From positions 704,001-768,000 of the forward strand of contig CBDDEL010000017.1 of NCBI GenBank assembly GCA_965226885.1: a DNA stretch of 64,000 bases, given 5' to 3'. A program made the translations under genes and the position numbers. Positions 55,898 to 64,000 of this stretch are shown piece by piece. Below the pieces are notes generated by a model. It was not told the origin of the DNA. It searched no databases and saw only the letters and a list, made by a program, of their open reading frames with translations. The first letter of the stretch is position 1; every line of letters starts with the position of its first letter. The stretch is from Opitutales bacterium (GTDB lineage: Bacteria > Verrucomicrobiota > Verrucomicrobiia > Opitutales > UBA2987).

Positions 55898-57112
55898 TTA
55901 AATTGCCGATAAAAGTCGTTTTCCGTAAGCTTCTATACTAATATCCTTCGATCTGGCTTGCGCCATCTTAGACATATTTAAAAGTAAGTCAGAATTATCA
56001 GCTAAATATTCGATTTTTTCTGCAATAATATCCGGATTTCGCATGGGAACAATGAAACCTTCGATACCGTCTTTGACAATGCTTCCCGTGTTGGGTGTAG
56101 CAATAACGGGAAGCCCGTATGCCAATGCTTCGTAGGTAACCAAGGCCGATCCCTCACAATTAGATGGGAGTAAAAATACATCCGCCCATTCATAATGATT
56201 TTTAACTTCAGATCGTGGCACAATCCCTGTCAATTGGACATTCTCGCGTAATTGCTTGATGGCCTTGGGCAGAACATTGACGGCGCCCACCATGCGAAAG
56301 ACTGCTTTGCCTTTCATTTGCCGAGCTGCTTCGAGGACATATTGGGAACCTTTTCTCAAGCCCACGGCGCCAACTGTTAATATTCGGAGTGGTCCTCCTT
56401 TGCGAGACCGTTTTGATATTTGGGAAGGAATAGATCTACCGTATGGAACGACTTTGCAGCGTTCGACCGGTCCACCGCACTCCTTGATTCCATTTTTTAC
56501 AAATTCCGAACCGCATATAATAACATCAGCATGATCCCACTCAGATTGTTCACGAGAAATACTCTCTTGCTGGTATTTACTCTCAAATAATGGAGGTTCC
56601 CATTCTGGAAAATTTTCATACTCTGCTTTCAGAAGTTTGTCATAGATCGGTTGAGGCGCAATAACTTGCTCGACCACAGTTTTAAGACCATTTTCTTTGG
56701 CATATTTAAGCAGCTCTAGGCATTCATTACTGAAAACAAATAGTCCTTCTGCATTTCCTAAACCCCTTTCCATTATTTTTAAACAAAAACGCTTTCGCGC
56801 TTTATATTGAATCATAGAAGCTTGCTCTTTCGATACCGCCCTGTGCCGTTGCAAGGCATAATTTAATCCAAAACCGGTAAACGCTGTGATCAATTCAGCG
56901 GGAATACCAATCGGTACGCGATTTGATAACCTTTTCAAACCACTTGGTTGCATGCTCTTTGGCCAAAATTTAAGTAATCTTGGCCAACTCTTTACGGCAC
57001 ATATATCGGTATAAAAATAATCCAACATTCCAGCCTCATTCAGGATACGAGGAACGGCATAATGCCTGCGTGCCCCCAGTTGAGCAACCAGGAATTTCAT
57101 TTCTGCCGACAT
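55898..57112 (-). CDS. GT4 glycosyltransferase
   Basis: LRKG, ADVFLLPSNCEGSALVTYEALAYGLPVI (E-x7-E). Confidence 0.92.
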   Translation of the reverse strand: MSAEMKFLVAQLGARRHYAVPRILNEAGMLDYFYTDICAVKSWPRLLKFWPKSMQPSGLKRLSNRVPIGIPAELITAFTGFGLNYALQRHRAVSKEQASMIQYKARKRFCLKIMERGLGNAEGLFVFSNECLELLKYAKENGLKTVVEQVIAPQPIYDKLLKAEYENFPEWEPPLFESKYQQESISREQSEWDHADVIICGSEFVKNGIKECGGPVERCKVVPYGRSIPSQISKRSRKGGPLRILTVGAVGLRKGSQYVLEAARQMKGKAVFRMVGAVNVLPKAIKQLRENVQLTGIVPRSEVKNHYEWADVFLLPSNCEGSALVTYEALAYGLPVIATPNTGSIVKDGIEGFIVPMRNPDIIAEKIEYLADNSDLLLNMSKMAQARSKDISIEAYGKRLLSAI

Positions 57113-57133
57113 GGGTAGAAGGTATGGCGAAAT

Positions 57134-58258
57134 TTATCCAAAAACCACATGGTTGTAAAAATCAATTGTCATTTTGCTTAATTTGGGCCAGCTAAGGGAA
57201 TCAAGATTTGGCTTTCGGTTTTCTTCTCTGTATCTAACTGATTCTAATGCGAAATTTAATTGTTTTGAGTCAAGTTCGTCCTCAAATGTGTATATCCAAT
57301 CGGATCCAATTAACGATTTAAAATCTAAAAAGACTTCTTTGTTGGGTACCAATACTGGTTTATTGAATGAAACCGCCAAAATAGCGCTGCCCGAGTTAAG
57401 AATTTCTGTAAAAGGGAGCGCCACCAAATCGAATGAATTTAGGTAATATTGAAGTTTTTCCACTGGTATGAATTTGTCGTGAAATGCTATGCGTTGATCA
57501 TTTTTGATTAAATTTAAAATTTTATTCCTGGTTTGAGCGCAGTAGGCATTTCCGGCAATAATTAATCGCGCAGGCGGAGACTCGATTTTCTTGAAAGCAT
57601 GAATCAGTGACGGCAGATTTTTATACGGCCTGATTTGGCCTATAAATCCTACTACCGAAACCTCTTGGGGGATATTGAGAAACTCCCGGGCTTCTTTTTT
57701 TGATACAGTGTTGGGGTAAATGTCTCTATAATGGCCGTGCGGTATGATGCGCCATTTTTTTTGTTCAAGGATGGGATATGCTTGCAATGCTTTGCTTTTG
57801 CTTGATTTCGTCATGTAAATGCATCCGGCAACGTTTTGGGTGAACAATCGATAAAAAAGGCCGGATATCCAGGAATTTATCCTTTCATGAGGAGTCAAAT
57901 TATGAACGGTCCAAATTATTCTAATTTTTTTTAAACGGCAAATTAAAAGATTCAGGATAAATACCATTAAACATAAAGGCGATAAAGAAATGCCCAGCAG
58001 TCGTCGATTAATGTAGTGATCGGGCCAGTGTATATGCCAGATTTTATAATTCCCAAAGCAAGCTTTGAAAAAAGAATAAGGCCGAACACTGGTTCCCTGT
58101 TTAATTACCTCAGAGTACAAGAGATTACAGTAGGGATTACCTACGGTGTTCAGCGGTAAGGCGAGAATATGGAGCGATTTTTCTGATGTTTCTTTTTTAT
58201 TCAAGGAATTGGAGGTGTATCTGAAAATAATTTGAATGTATTCGCGGTAATGTATCAC
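57134..58258 (-). CDS. GT4-like glycosyltransferase
   Basis: GNPY, HIHWP, WTVHN..PHE, PHGHY, GQIRPYK, ILNSGSAILA. Start uncertain. Confidence 0.88.
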   Translation of the reverse strand: MIHYREYIQIIFRYTSNSLNKKETSEKSLHILALPLNTVGNPYCNLLYSEVIKQGTSVRPYSFFKACFGNYKIWHIHWPDHYINRRLLGISLSPLCLMVFILNLLICRLKKIRIIWTVHNLTPHERINSWISGLFYRLFTQNVAGCIYMTKSSKSKALQAYPILEQKKWRIIPHGHYRDIYPNTVSKKEAREFLNIPQEVSVVGFIGQIRPYKNLPSLIHAFKKIESPPARLIIAGNAYCAQTRNKILNLIKNDQRIAFHDKFIPVEKLQYYLNSFDLVALPFTEILNSGSAILAVSFNKPVLVPNKEVFLDFKSLIGSDWIYTFEDELDSKQLNFALESVRYREENRKPNLDSLSWPKLSKMTIDFYNHVVFG

Positions 58259-59151
58259 GAATTATCAAGATTACTCCAGTGGGATAAGTCACGATTTAGC
58301 AGCTTGCTTAATTTTTCAACCTCAGGTTTAAGCTCAATTTTTAATCGATTTCTGGTTTCTTCTCTTATGACAGGTTCAAGCTTATTTTTCCCTTCAATAT
58401 TACTAGCAATAAAATCGCCGATAAATTGCCTGACCCGCGATTTCCTGGTATAAAAATTTAGTTTATCTAAATATGGGTGAAATTTGAAAATTCGCCTGAG
58501 ATAAAGATTTCTGACTGGATGGGCAGCATTACGTATTTTAAGATCGGGTAAAAAACTAGAATCAACTTGAAGGAATTCAAATACCTTCTGAATAACTATA
58601 TTAGGATTTTCCTTAAGATCATCGAATATTATAAAATGTATTTTTTCTTTGTTGAAAACATTAGTAAATCTGGTTATTTGTTGTGAATACTGTACGCGAT
58701 CCCTATAATAAGAAATTTGATCAGTCGAATTTGAAATATCAAGTTTAGTTTCGTTAGACAGCGCGGTCTCAAGATCAAAATAGTGTTCTCTACCATTTCT
58801 TACTCGCATAAGGAACATAGAGCAAATAGCATCTACCGGGTTCCTCAGCATGATGATAATACGTGATTCGGGATTGAATTGATTAATATTTTTAGCGGCA
58901 ACTTTCGAATAAAGGTATGATGGAGATGTTTCGCCAATCACCTTTTCTTGCTTAACCTTATGAAATAATCTAAAATATTCTTTATTACTCCTTGTTCGTT
59001 CATTTAAGATAATTGGAAAGTTTACATCAGTGCTGAAAAAATGAGGTTCTTTCATGTCCGGCATGAATATATCCGGATGTTGCCTTAAATAGGCCCACAT
59101 CGAAGTGGTACCACATTTAGCCGCATCAACAATAAAGAAATTAGGTTTCAT
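58255..59151 (-). CDS. Sulfotransferase (PAPS-dependent)
   Basis: AAKCGTTS, QHPDIF..KEPHFF, GETSPSY, LRNPVD..S. Confidence 0.9.
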   Translation of the reverse strand: MKPNFFIVDAAKCGTTSMWAYLRQHPDIFMPDMKEPHFFSTDVNFPIILNERTRSNKEYFRLFHKVKQEKVIGETSPSYLYSKVAAKNINQFNPESRIIIMLRNPVDAICSMFLMRVRNGREHYFDLETALSNETKLDISNSTDQISYYRDRVQYSQQITRFTNVFNKEKIHFIIFDDLKENPNIVIQKVFEFLQVDSSFLPDLKIRNAAHPVRNLYLRRIFKFHPYLDKLNFYTRKSRVRQFIGDFIASNIEGKNKLEPVIREETRNRLKIELKPEVEKLSKLLNRDLSHWSNLDNS

Positions 59152-59152
59152 T

Positions 59153-60178
59153 TCAGTTAAATCGCTTTAATGAAGGAAGATTATTTTCAAAATCCTCAAG
59201 ATTTGTAGATTCTTGTTTTCTTATATACCGATTGATTTTAAAAATTACATTACGCAAAAGATAAAATACACTGGACACAAAACAAATCATATTTCGAATG
59301 AAATTTTCAGGATTCTTTTGAAGCCAATCGCGGCTGCCCATATAGGCAGCCTCAAATTTCAGAATGTCGGAACTTCGGTATTTTTGATTTCTAGTCATCC
59401 ACCGCAGCATACGCAAACTTTCATATCGGATAGCGAAAACCAGATACATATGCATTACCAAACGCCTGATTGATTTTGGTGGATAATGTTTTGTCCAGAA
59501 AATAATCTGGCTTTTGATTTGGTATCCTAGCGGTTTCGGGCGACCCGAACCTTGAAAACTTTCTCCCTTCAAATGCCTGACTGTACAGTCAGGATTAAAT
59601 CCTAATGAAAAACCTGCTTTACGAACCCGCAGGCAGAGATAGACCTCTTCACAGTAAAGGAAAAAATCGGGATCGAATCCCCCCAACTGTTTCAGCAGCG
59701 AACGTCGGGTAAAAAGACATGAACCCGACAGCCACGCAATCTTGCCGGGTAGATGACCAAAATGGACATTTGCGGATTGCTGCCCACGATAGGTATGATG
59801 TGGTCGTAAATCAATTTTCTTCCGACCATGGATTATTTGTGGGCCAGAGATTCCTATATTGGAGTGTTCATCCATGTACGATACCATGGAGACCATAAAT
59901 TCCTCTCGGAGGAAGACATCGGGATTCAGGATATGCACAAATCTTCCGTTGCATGAAAGAAAGGCCTGATTGTGAGCCACACCGAACCCAACATTTATAG
60001 AGTTAACGATCAATTTTACAGATGGAAATGCCCGAATTACCTCGACACTTCGATCCTCGCTGGCGTTATCCACAACGATGACTTCATAAACCACTCCGAT
60101 TTGCTTCAGAACCGATTCGAGACATTTTTCAATGCAGTGAGCGGTGTTGTAATTCACTATTGTCACGGAAATGTCCAT
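59153..60178 (-). CDS. GT2 glycosyltransferase
   Basis: IVNYN, VVDNASED, NVGFG, LNPDV, GGFDPDFFLYCEE. Confidence 0.92.
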   Translation of the reverse strand: MDISVTIVNYNTAHCIEKCLESVLKQIGVVYEVIVVDNASEDRSVEVIRAFPSVKLIVNSINVGFGVAHNQAFLSCNGRFVHILNPDVFLREEFMVSMVSYMDEHSNIGISGPQIIHGRKKIDLRPHHTYRGQQSANVHFGHLPGKIAWLSGSCLFTRRSLLKQLGGFDPDFFLYCEEVYLCLRVRKAGFSLGFNPDCTVRHLKGESFQGSGRPKPLGYQIKSQIIFWTKHYPPKSIRRLVMHMYLVFAIRYESLRMLRWMTRNQKYRSSDILKFEAAYMGSRDWLQKNPENFIRNMICFVSSVFYLLRNVIFKINRYIRKQESTNLEDFENNLPSLKRFN

Positions 60179-60199
60179 TACCTGTGGTTCTAGATTTTT

Positions 60200-60270
60200 T
60201 GATAACGTTAAAGCTCACCCGGTGCTATGGAGCAAAGCGGAATAGCCGGCCAGTGAAGCGACTTTTAGTC
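60200..60270. repeat. Imperfect palindrome resembling a degenerate integron attC site
   Basis: ATAAC..GCTCAC..CCGGTGCTAT..ATAGCCGG..GTGAAGC..TTTAGTC. Confidence 0.4.
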
Positions 60271-60281
60271 ATTCATAACTA

Positions 60282-60580
60282 GAGGCTGTCCCAAAAACCC
60301 GAATTTTGCGAATTGAGATATTCGACTCCGAACTGTAAGGGAACGTAAGTCATTCAATTCCGTCAAAAACGCTGTATAAGGCCTCTATTCGTTATAAATA
60401 TAATCGCGTCAGACAGAGGTCTATGGTAGAATTGTATTTGAATATGCAAAACAAGAGAAAGGCTGACGGTGTTATAGACATCGAAATTGCCCAAAATCCC
60501 CCTAAAAACGGTCTTTATGACAGCTTTATAAACAAGTTAACTTACTGTAAAACAAATGGTTATAACTTTGGGACAGCCTC
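60282..60580 (-). mobile_element. MITE copy 3 (299 bp), TSD TAACTA
   Basis: Shared IRs and interior. Confidence 0.93.
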
Positions 60581-60586
60581 TAACTA

Positions 60587-60885
60587 GAGGCTGTCCCAAA
60601 AACCCCGAATTTTGCGAATTGAAATATTCGACTCCGAACTGTATGGGAACGTAAGTCATTCAATTCCGTCAAAAACGCTGTATAAGGCCTCTTTTCGTTA
60701 TAAATATAATCGCGTCAGACAGAGGTCTATGGTAGAATTGTATTTGAATATGCAAAACAAGAGAAAGGCTGACGGTGTTATAGACATCGAAATTGCCCAA
60801 AATCCTCTAAAAACGGTCTTTATAACAGCTTTATAAACAAGTTAACTCACTGTAAAACAAATGGTTATAACTTTGGGACAGCCTC
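60587..60885 (-). mobile_element. MITE copy 4 (299 bp), TSD TAACTA, tandem with copy 3
   Basis: Shared IRs; several SNPs relative to copy 3. Confidence 0.93.
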
Positions 60886-60995
60886 TAACTAATTTAGAAT
60901 TTTTAGTCTAGCAACTCTATATCTTTCCTATACATTTCCTGGACTATTTCAGATGATTCCTTATCGAAGTAATGTTTATAGTCAGTAGTGTCCGG

Positions 60996-62165
60996 TTAAA
61001 AGTAGTTGAAGGTCAACTGGTTAGAGTGATCGCTGCTCGCACTGCTGTGATCCGGTTTTGTAAGTAGTTCATAGAGAGGGACTTTTTCAAAAACGCTCAA
61101 GCTCAATACCTGTGATATTCGGTGAAGACTCAATTCCAATTGCCACTGTTTTTTTAGGATCGCCATCAACACGTAAGCACTGATGGCAATCCATACTTGC
61201 GTCTTTACTGCGTTGGGCGAAGTGCCAAAGAATTTTTTGATCCGTAAGTGCTGCTTAATCCACTTGAAAAACAATTCGATTTTCCAACGCCCTTTATACA
61301 TCTGGCAGATAATCAAGGCTGGAAGGGTAAAATTATTGGTCAAATAGATGAAATGCCTACCGTTATCTGCATCGTAAAAGCGTATACGCCTGAGCTTCTG
61401 GGGATAATCTTTGGAGGCATAGAATCCTCTAAAGTGAATTACTTGGTCACTGCAAACACCACTGCCGTGGACTACTTTGAGGGAACGCAAACGTATATAA
61501 TTCAAATGGCTTTTGGCGCGGATGACAAAGTAGGCCATCGCTTCGCTAAAGAGGAACAAGCGGGCAAAATCGACATAGCCGCGATCAAGCACATAATAGG
61601 CTCCAGGCTCAAGAACAAGGGCATCAAGCATGTTTACGTCGTGAACTTTTCCCGGAGTGATCTCGATAAAGGTCGGAATCGAACCGCGCAAATCGATCTG
61701 CGTGTGCAGCTTTACCGCCGCTTTGGTTGTACGAAAATGGGCCCATGGAAAGAGGCTCAAACACAAGTCAATGGTCGTGGCGTCTAAAGCATAAACGGTC
61801 TCTTCGAGTTCAAAGTCCAACGCTTCATCGGCATAGAGCCTGCGAGCCTTTTTAATGAGCACGTATGCCAAGTCCGCATAGATGCGCCAGTTGCGTTGTT
61901 CATTGGCATCGGCCAAAGTACTCTTGGCGATATTACTGCGAATGCCCATAGAAAAGAGTTTGTCACTATGGGCACACAAACAGGTAACGATATCATTGAG
62001 ACTTTCACGTCGAGTCAATTGAGCGAAGGCCATGCACAAGAATTGATCCCGGCAGGAAAAGGAACGGACACGCTTGTCCCCACTATAGCGTTTGACGCAT
62101 CGTTGAAACTGTTCACGATGCAAAAGGTCAAAAATTTGGGAGAAAACCATACGTTGTTGATTCAT
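60996..62165 (-). CDS. IS4-family transposase
   Basis: MNQQRMVFSQ start, LDATTIDL, DRGYVDF, YKGRWKIELFFKWIKQ. The ORF-track extension to 62411 is IS1 sequence. Confidence 0.92.
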   Translation of the reverse strand: MNQQRMVFSQIFDLLHREQFQRCVKRYSGDKRVRSFSCRDQFLCMAFAQLTRRESLNDIVTCLCAHSDKLFSMGIRSNIAKSTLADANEQRNWRIYADLAYVLIKKARRLYADEALDFELEETVYALDATTIDLCLSLFPWAHFRTTKAAVKLHTQIDLRGSIPTFIEITPGKVHDVNMLDALVLEPGAYYVLDRGYVDFARLFLFSEAMAYFVIRAKSHLNYIRLRSLKVVHGSGVCSDQVIHFRGFYASKDYPQKLRRIRFYDADNGRHFIYLTNNFTLPALIICQMYKGRWKIELFFKWIKQHLRIKKFFGTSPNAVKTQVWIAISAYVLMAILKKQWQLELSLHRISQVLSLSVFEKVPLYELLTKPDHSSASSDHSNQLTFNYF

Positions 62166-62186
62166 GATCAACAAGATACAGAATTT

Positions 62187-63011
62187 GGTAGTGTATAAAA
62201 AAAGAATGTTATTTTGTATTTTTATCTGTACAAATAGCGTTAGGCAGTTTATTCTTAGTGCATGGTTACTAAAATTATTAATTGTCGGCACTGTGGAAGT
62301 GAAAATATCATTAAATTTGGCAAGACGCCCAACCATAAACAGCGCTACCGCTGCCATGATTGTGGTAAACAAAGCCGCGAAAACCCCACAGTGAAATACA
62401 CCGAAGAGCAAAAAGAAATGATCCTTCGAGTCTATCAGGAACGCAGCAGTCTACGCGGTTTACAGCGCGCCTTCGGGGTGAGTCCCAACACCGTTTTGAG
62501 TTGGTTAAAAAAAACGACAATCGCTGCGACCGCTCAAAAGCACGATTCTTGCGGCCCGCCGTCATGATGTCATTGAACTGGACGAACTGTGGTCTTTTGT
62601 GGGGCGCAAGAGCGATGCCCAATGGGTTTGGATCGCTCTTTGCCGACGCACCCGTCAAATCCTCTCCTATGCCATTGGGCCTCGGGATTGGTATCGTTGC
62701 CGGGAACTTTACGAGCGCCTGCCACGGGCCTACAAAAGATGTGCCACCTACAGCGACTTTTGGTCCACTTATGATGAAGTCTTTCCTCATAACCGATCCG
62801 TGGGAAAAGAAACCGGTGAAACGGCCCATGTGGAACGATGGAACAATACCCTGCGCCAACGACTGGGTCGTCCCTGCGCCAACGACTGGGTCGTTTCACA
62901 CGCAAAACCCTCTCCTTTTCCAAGCTTAAGAGTATGCATGAAACCTGTCTGAGACTTTTCATTCATCAATATAATCAAGAATTAGCCACCATTCCTACTT
63001 AATACACTACC
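62187..63011 (+). mobile_element. IS1-family element copy 2 (825 bp), 8-bp TSD CAGAATTT; insB frameshifted by 23-bp duplication
   Basis: GGTAGTGTAT IRs; insA 62262..62567; duplication at 62849-62894. Confidence 0.93.
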
Positions 63012-63274
63012 CAGAATTTATACCCCAAAATATAGTGAAATTGTTGGAAGTTCAAATGCGTCACACTAAAAATAACTCACAAGTTTATAAAAATTAACGA
63101 TTTACAAAGTTTTAAATTCAGGTTAACCGGACAACTGTGGTTTATAGTGCTTTCTTAGGCCTTTATTTATGTGGGGAATATTTCGCGTTTTCAGCCAAAC
63201 ATTACTCTATCAAGGTTTAGTTTTTTAAGGATTGGTTTAACGCTATCGTTGAAGTTTTCAAATCGTGCTATATA

Positions 63275-63572
63275 GAGGCTGTCCCAAAGTTATAACCATT
63301 TGTTTTAAAGTAAGTTAACTTGTTTATAAAGCTGTCATAAAGACCGTTTTTAGGGGATTTTGGGCAATTTCGATGTCTATAACACCGTCAGCCTTTCTCT
63401 TGTTTTGCATATTCAAATACAATTCTACCATAGACCTCTGTCTGACGCGATTATATTTATAACGAATAGAGGCCTTATACAGCGTTTTTGACGGAATTGA
63501 ATGACTTACGTTCCCTTACAGTTCGGAGTCGAATATCTCAATTCGCAAAATTCGGGTTTTTGGGACAGCCTC
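63275..63572 (+). mobile_element. MITE copy 5 (298 bp), TSD TATATA
   Basis: Shared IRs and interior; inside the sulfotransferase gene. Confidence 0.93.
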
Positions 63573-64000
63573 TATATAATCAACTAATTGTTCGCCATTA
63601 TCGTCGAGAAAAAATCTATACTGATGCTCCCATTGTACGTGTTTCCTTTTTTTTATTAAAGATAAGTACTTTTTTAAGTCATCATCTTCCCTCATTCCAA
63701 CGAACTCTCTTAAATTTTTTCTTTTTTTCATGTAGATAAATTGAGACACTATTTTGTCCCATGGATTGCACACGATAGTGAACTTGAAAAATATTTTAAA
63801 AATGTCATCACCCACTTCTTTTTGGATCTGACTTGCCAATAGGTGCTGCAATCCCCCGGTTTGGTACTTATTATGATAAGGGTCTATGAACCCCATCCAT
63901 AGATTGTTTTCTACTCGGTTATATTTATTTAATGGCCAAATTATATTCTCAATACTGGCGCCCCTCGTTTTTGGAATGTGAATGAAAATACAATTGTGCT

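Larger units (their letters stand above)
60983..63139 (-). mobile_element. IS4-family element with nested IS1; 9-bp TSD GTTTATAGT
   Basis: IRs CAGTAGTGTCCGGTTAA / CACAGTTGTCCGGTTAA. Confidence 0.92.
60895..64000 (-). pseudogene. Sulfotransferase family 2 gene interrupted by MITE and IS4(+IS1); starts beyond the window
   Basis: FIHIPKT.., FKFTIVCNPWDKIVS, VDYI|ARFENF, IPHINKG..HYK|HYFDKESSEIVQEMYRKDIELL pieces. Confidence 0.82.

Noticed and set aside
60282..60885. Tandem ~305-bp units as a CRISPR or satellite array
   Set aside because: The units are MITE copies with IRs and TSDs; no spacers and no cas genes.
60996..62411. 471-aa IS4 transposase with novel N-terminal extension
   Set aside because: The extension is antisense IS1 sequence; the real start is about 62165.

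Overview
A heavily IS-invaded, partly decaying bacterial chromosome segment. Gene style suggests Verrucomicrobiota/Opitutia (inference only). By my boundary calls about 24 kb (~38%) is insertion sequence: IS1380 (2 nested copies plus an older remnant), IS3, IS21, IS4 x2, IS1 x2, IS1634, five copies of a 1824-bp IS5-like element, and five copies of a 298-299-bp non-coding MITE that shares that element's terminal repeats and TA-N2/3-TA target. Host content, left to right: a shattered giant surface protein (internalin-type LRRs, Ig-like, delta-60 repeats, plus an unrecognised domain repeated three times); a TonB-receptor/sulfatase/sialidase-like catabolic cluster with repeated TGATATATCA palindromes; a small core-like islet between tRNA-Ala(CGC) and tRNA-Asp(GTC); a tyrosine integrase after tRNA-Asp; an organophosphorus/phosphonate-type operon (Zn-ADH, MFS, PhnX-like HAD, 2-hydroxyacid dehydrogenase, PhoD, MFS); and a glycosyltransferase/sulfotransferase cluster. 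Many genes carry frameshifts from 10-28-bp tandem duplications, microhomology deletions or active-site substitutions. The best candidates for something undescribed are the IS5-like/MITE pair that stacks at regenerated target sites, and the atypical phosphonate-like operon. No CRISPR array or rRNA was seen. All family calls are from motif recognition, not database searches.
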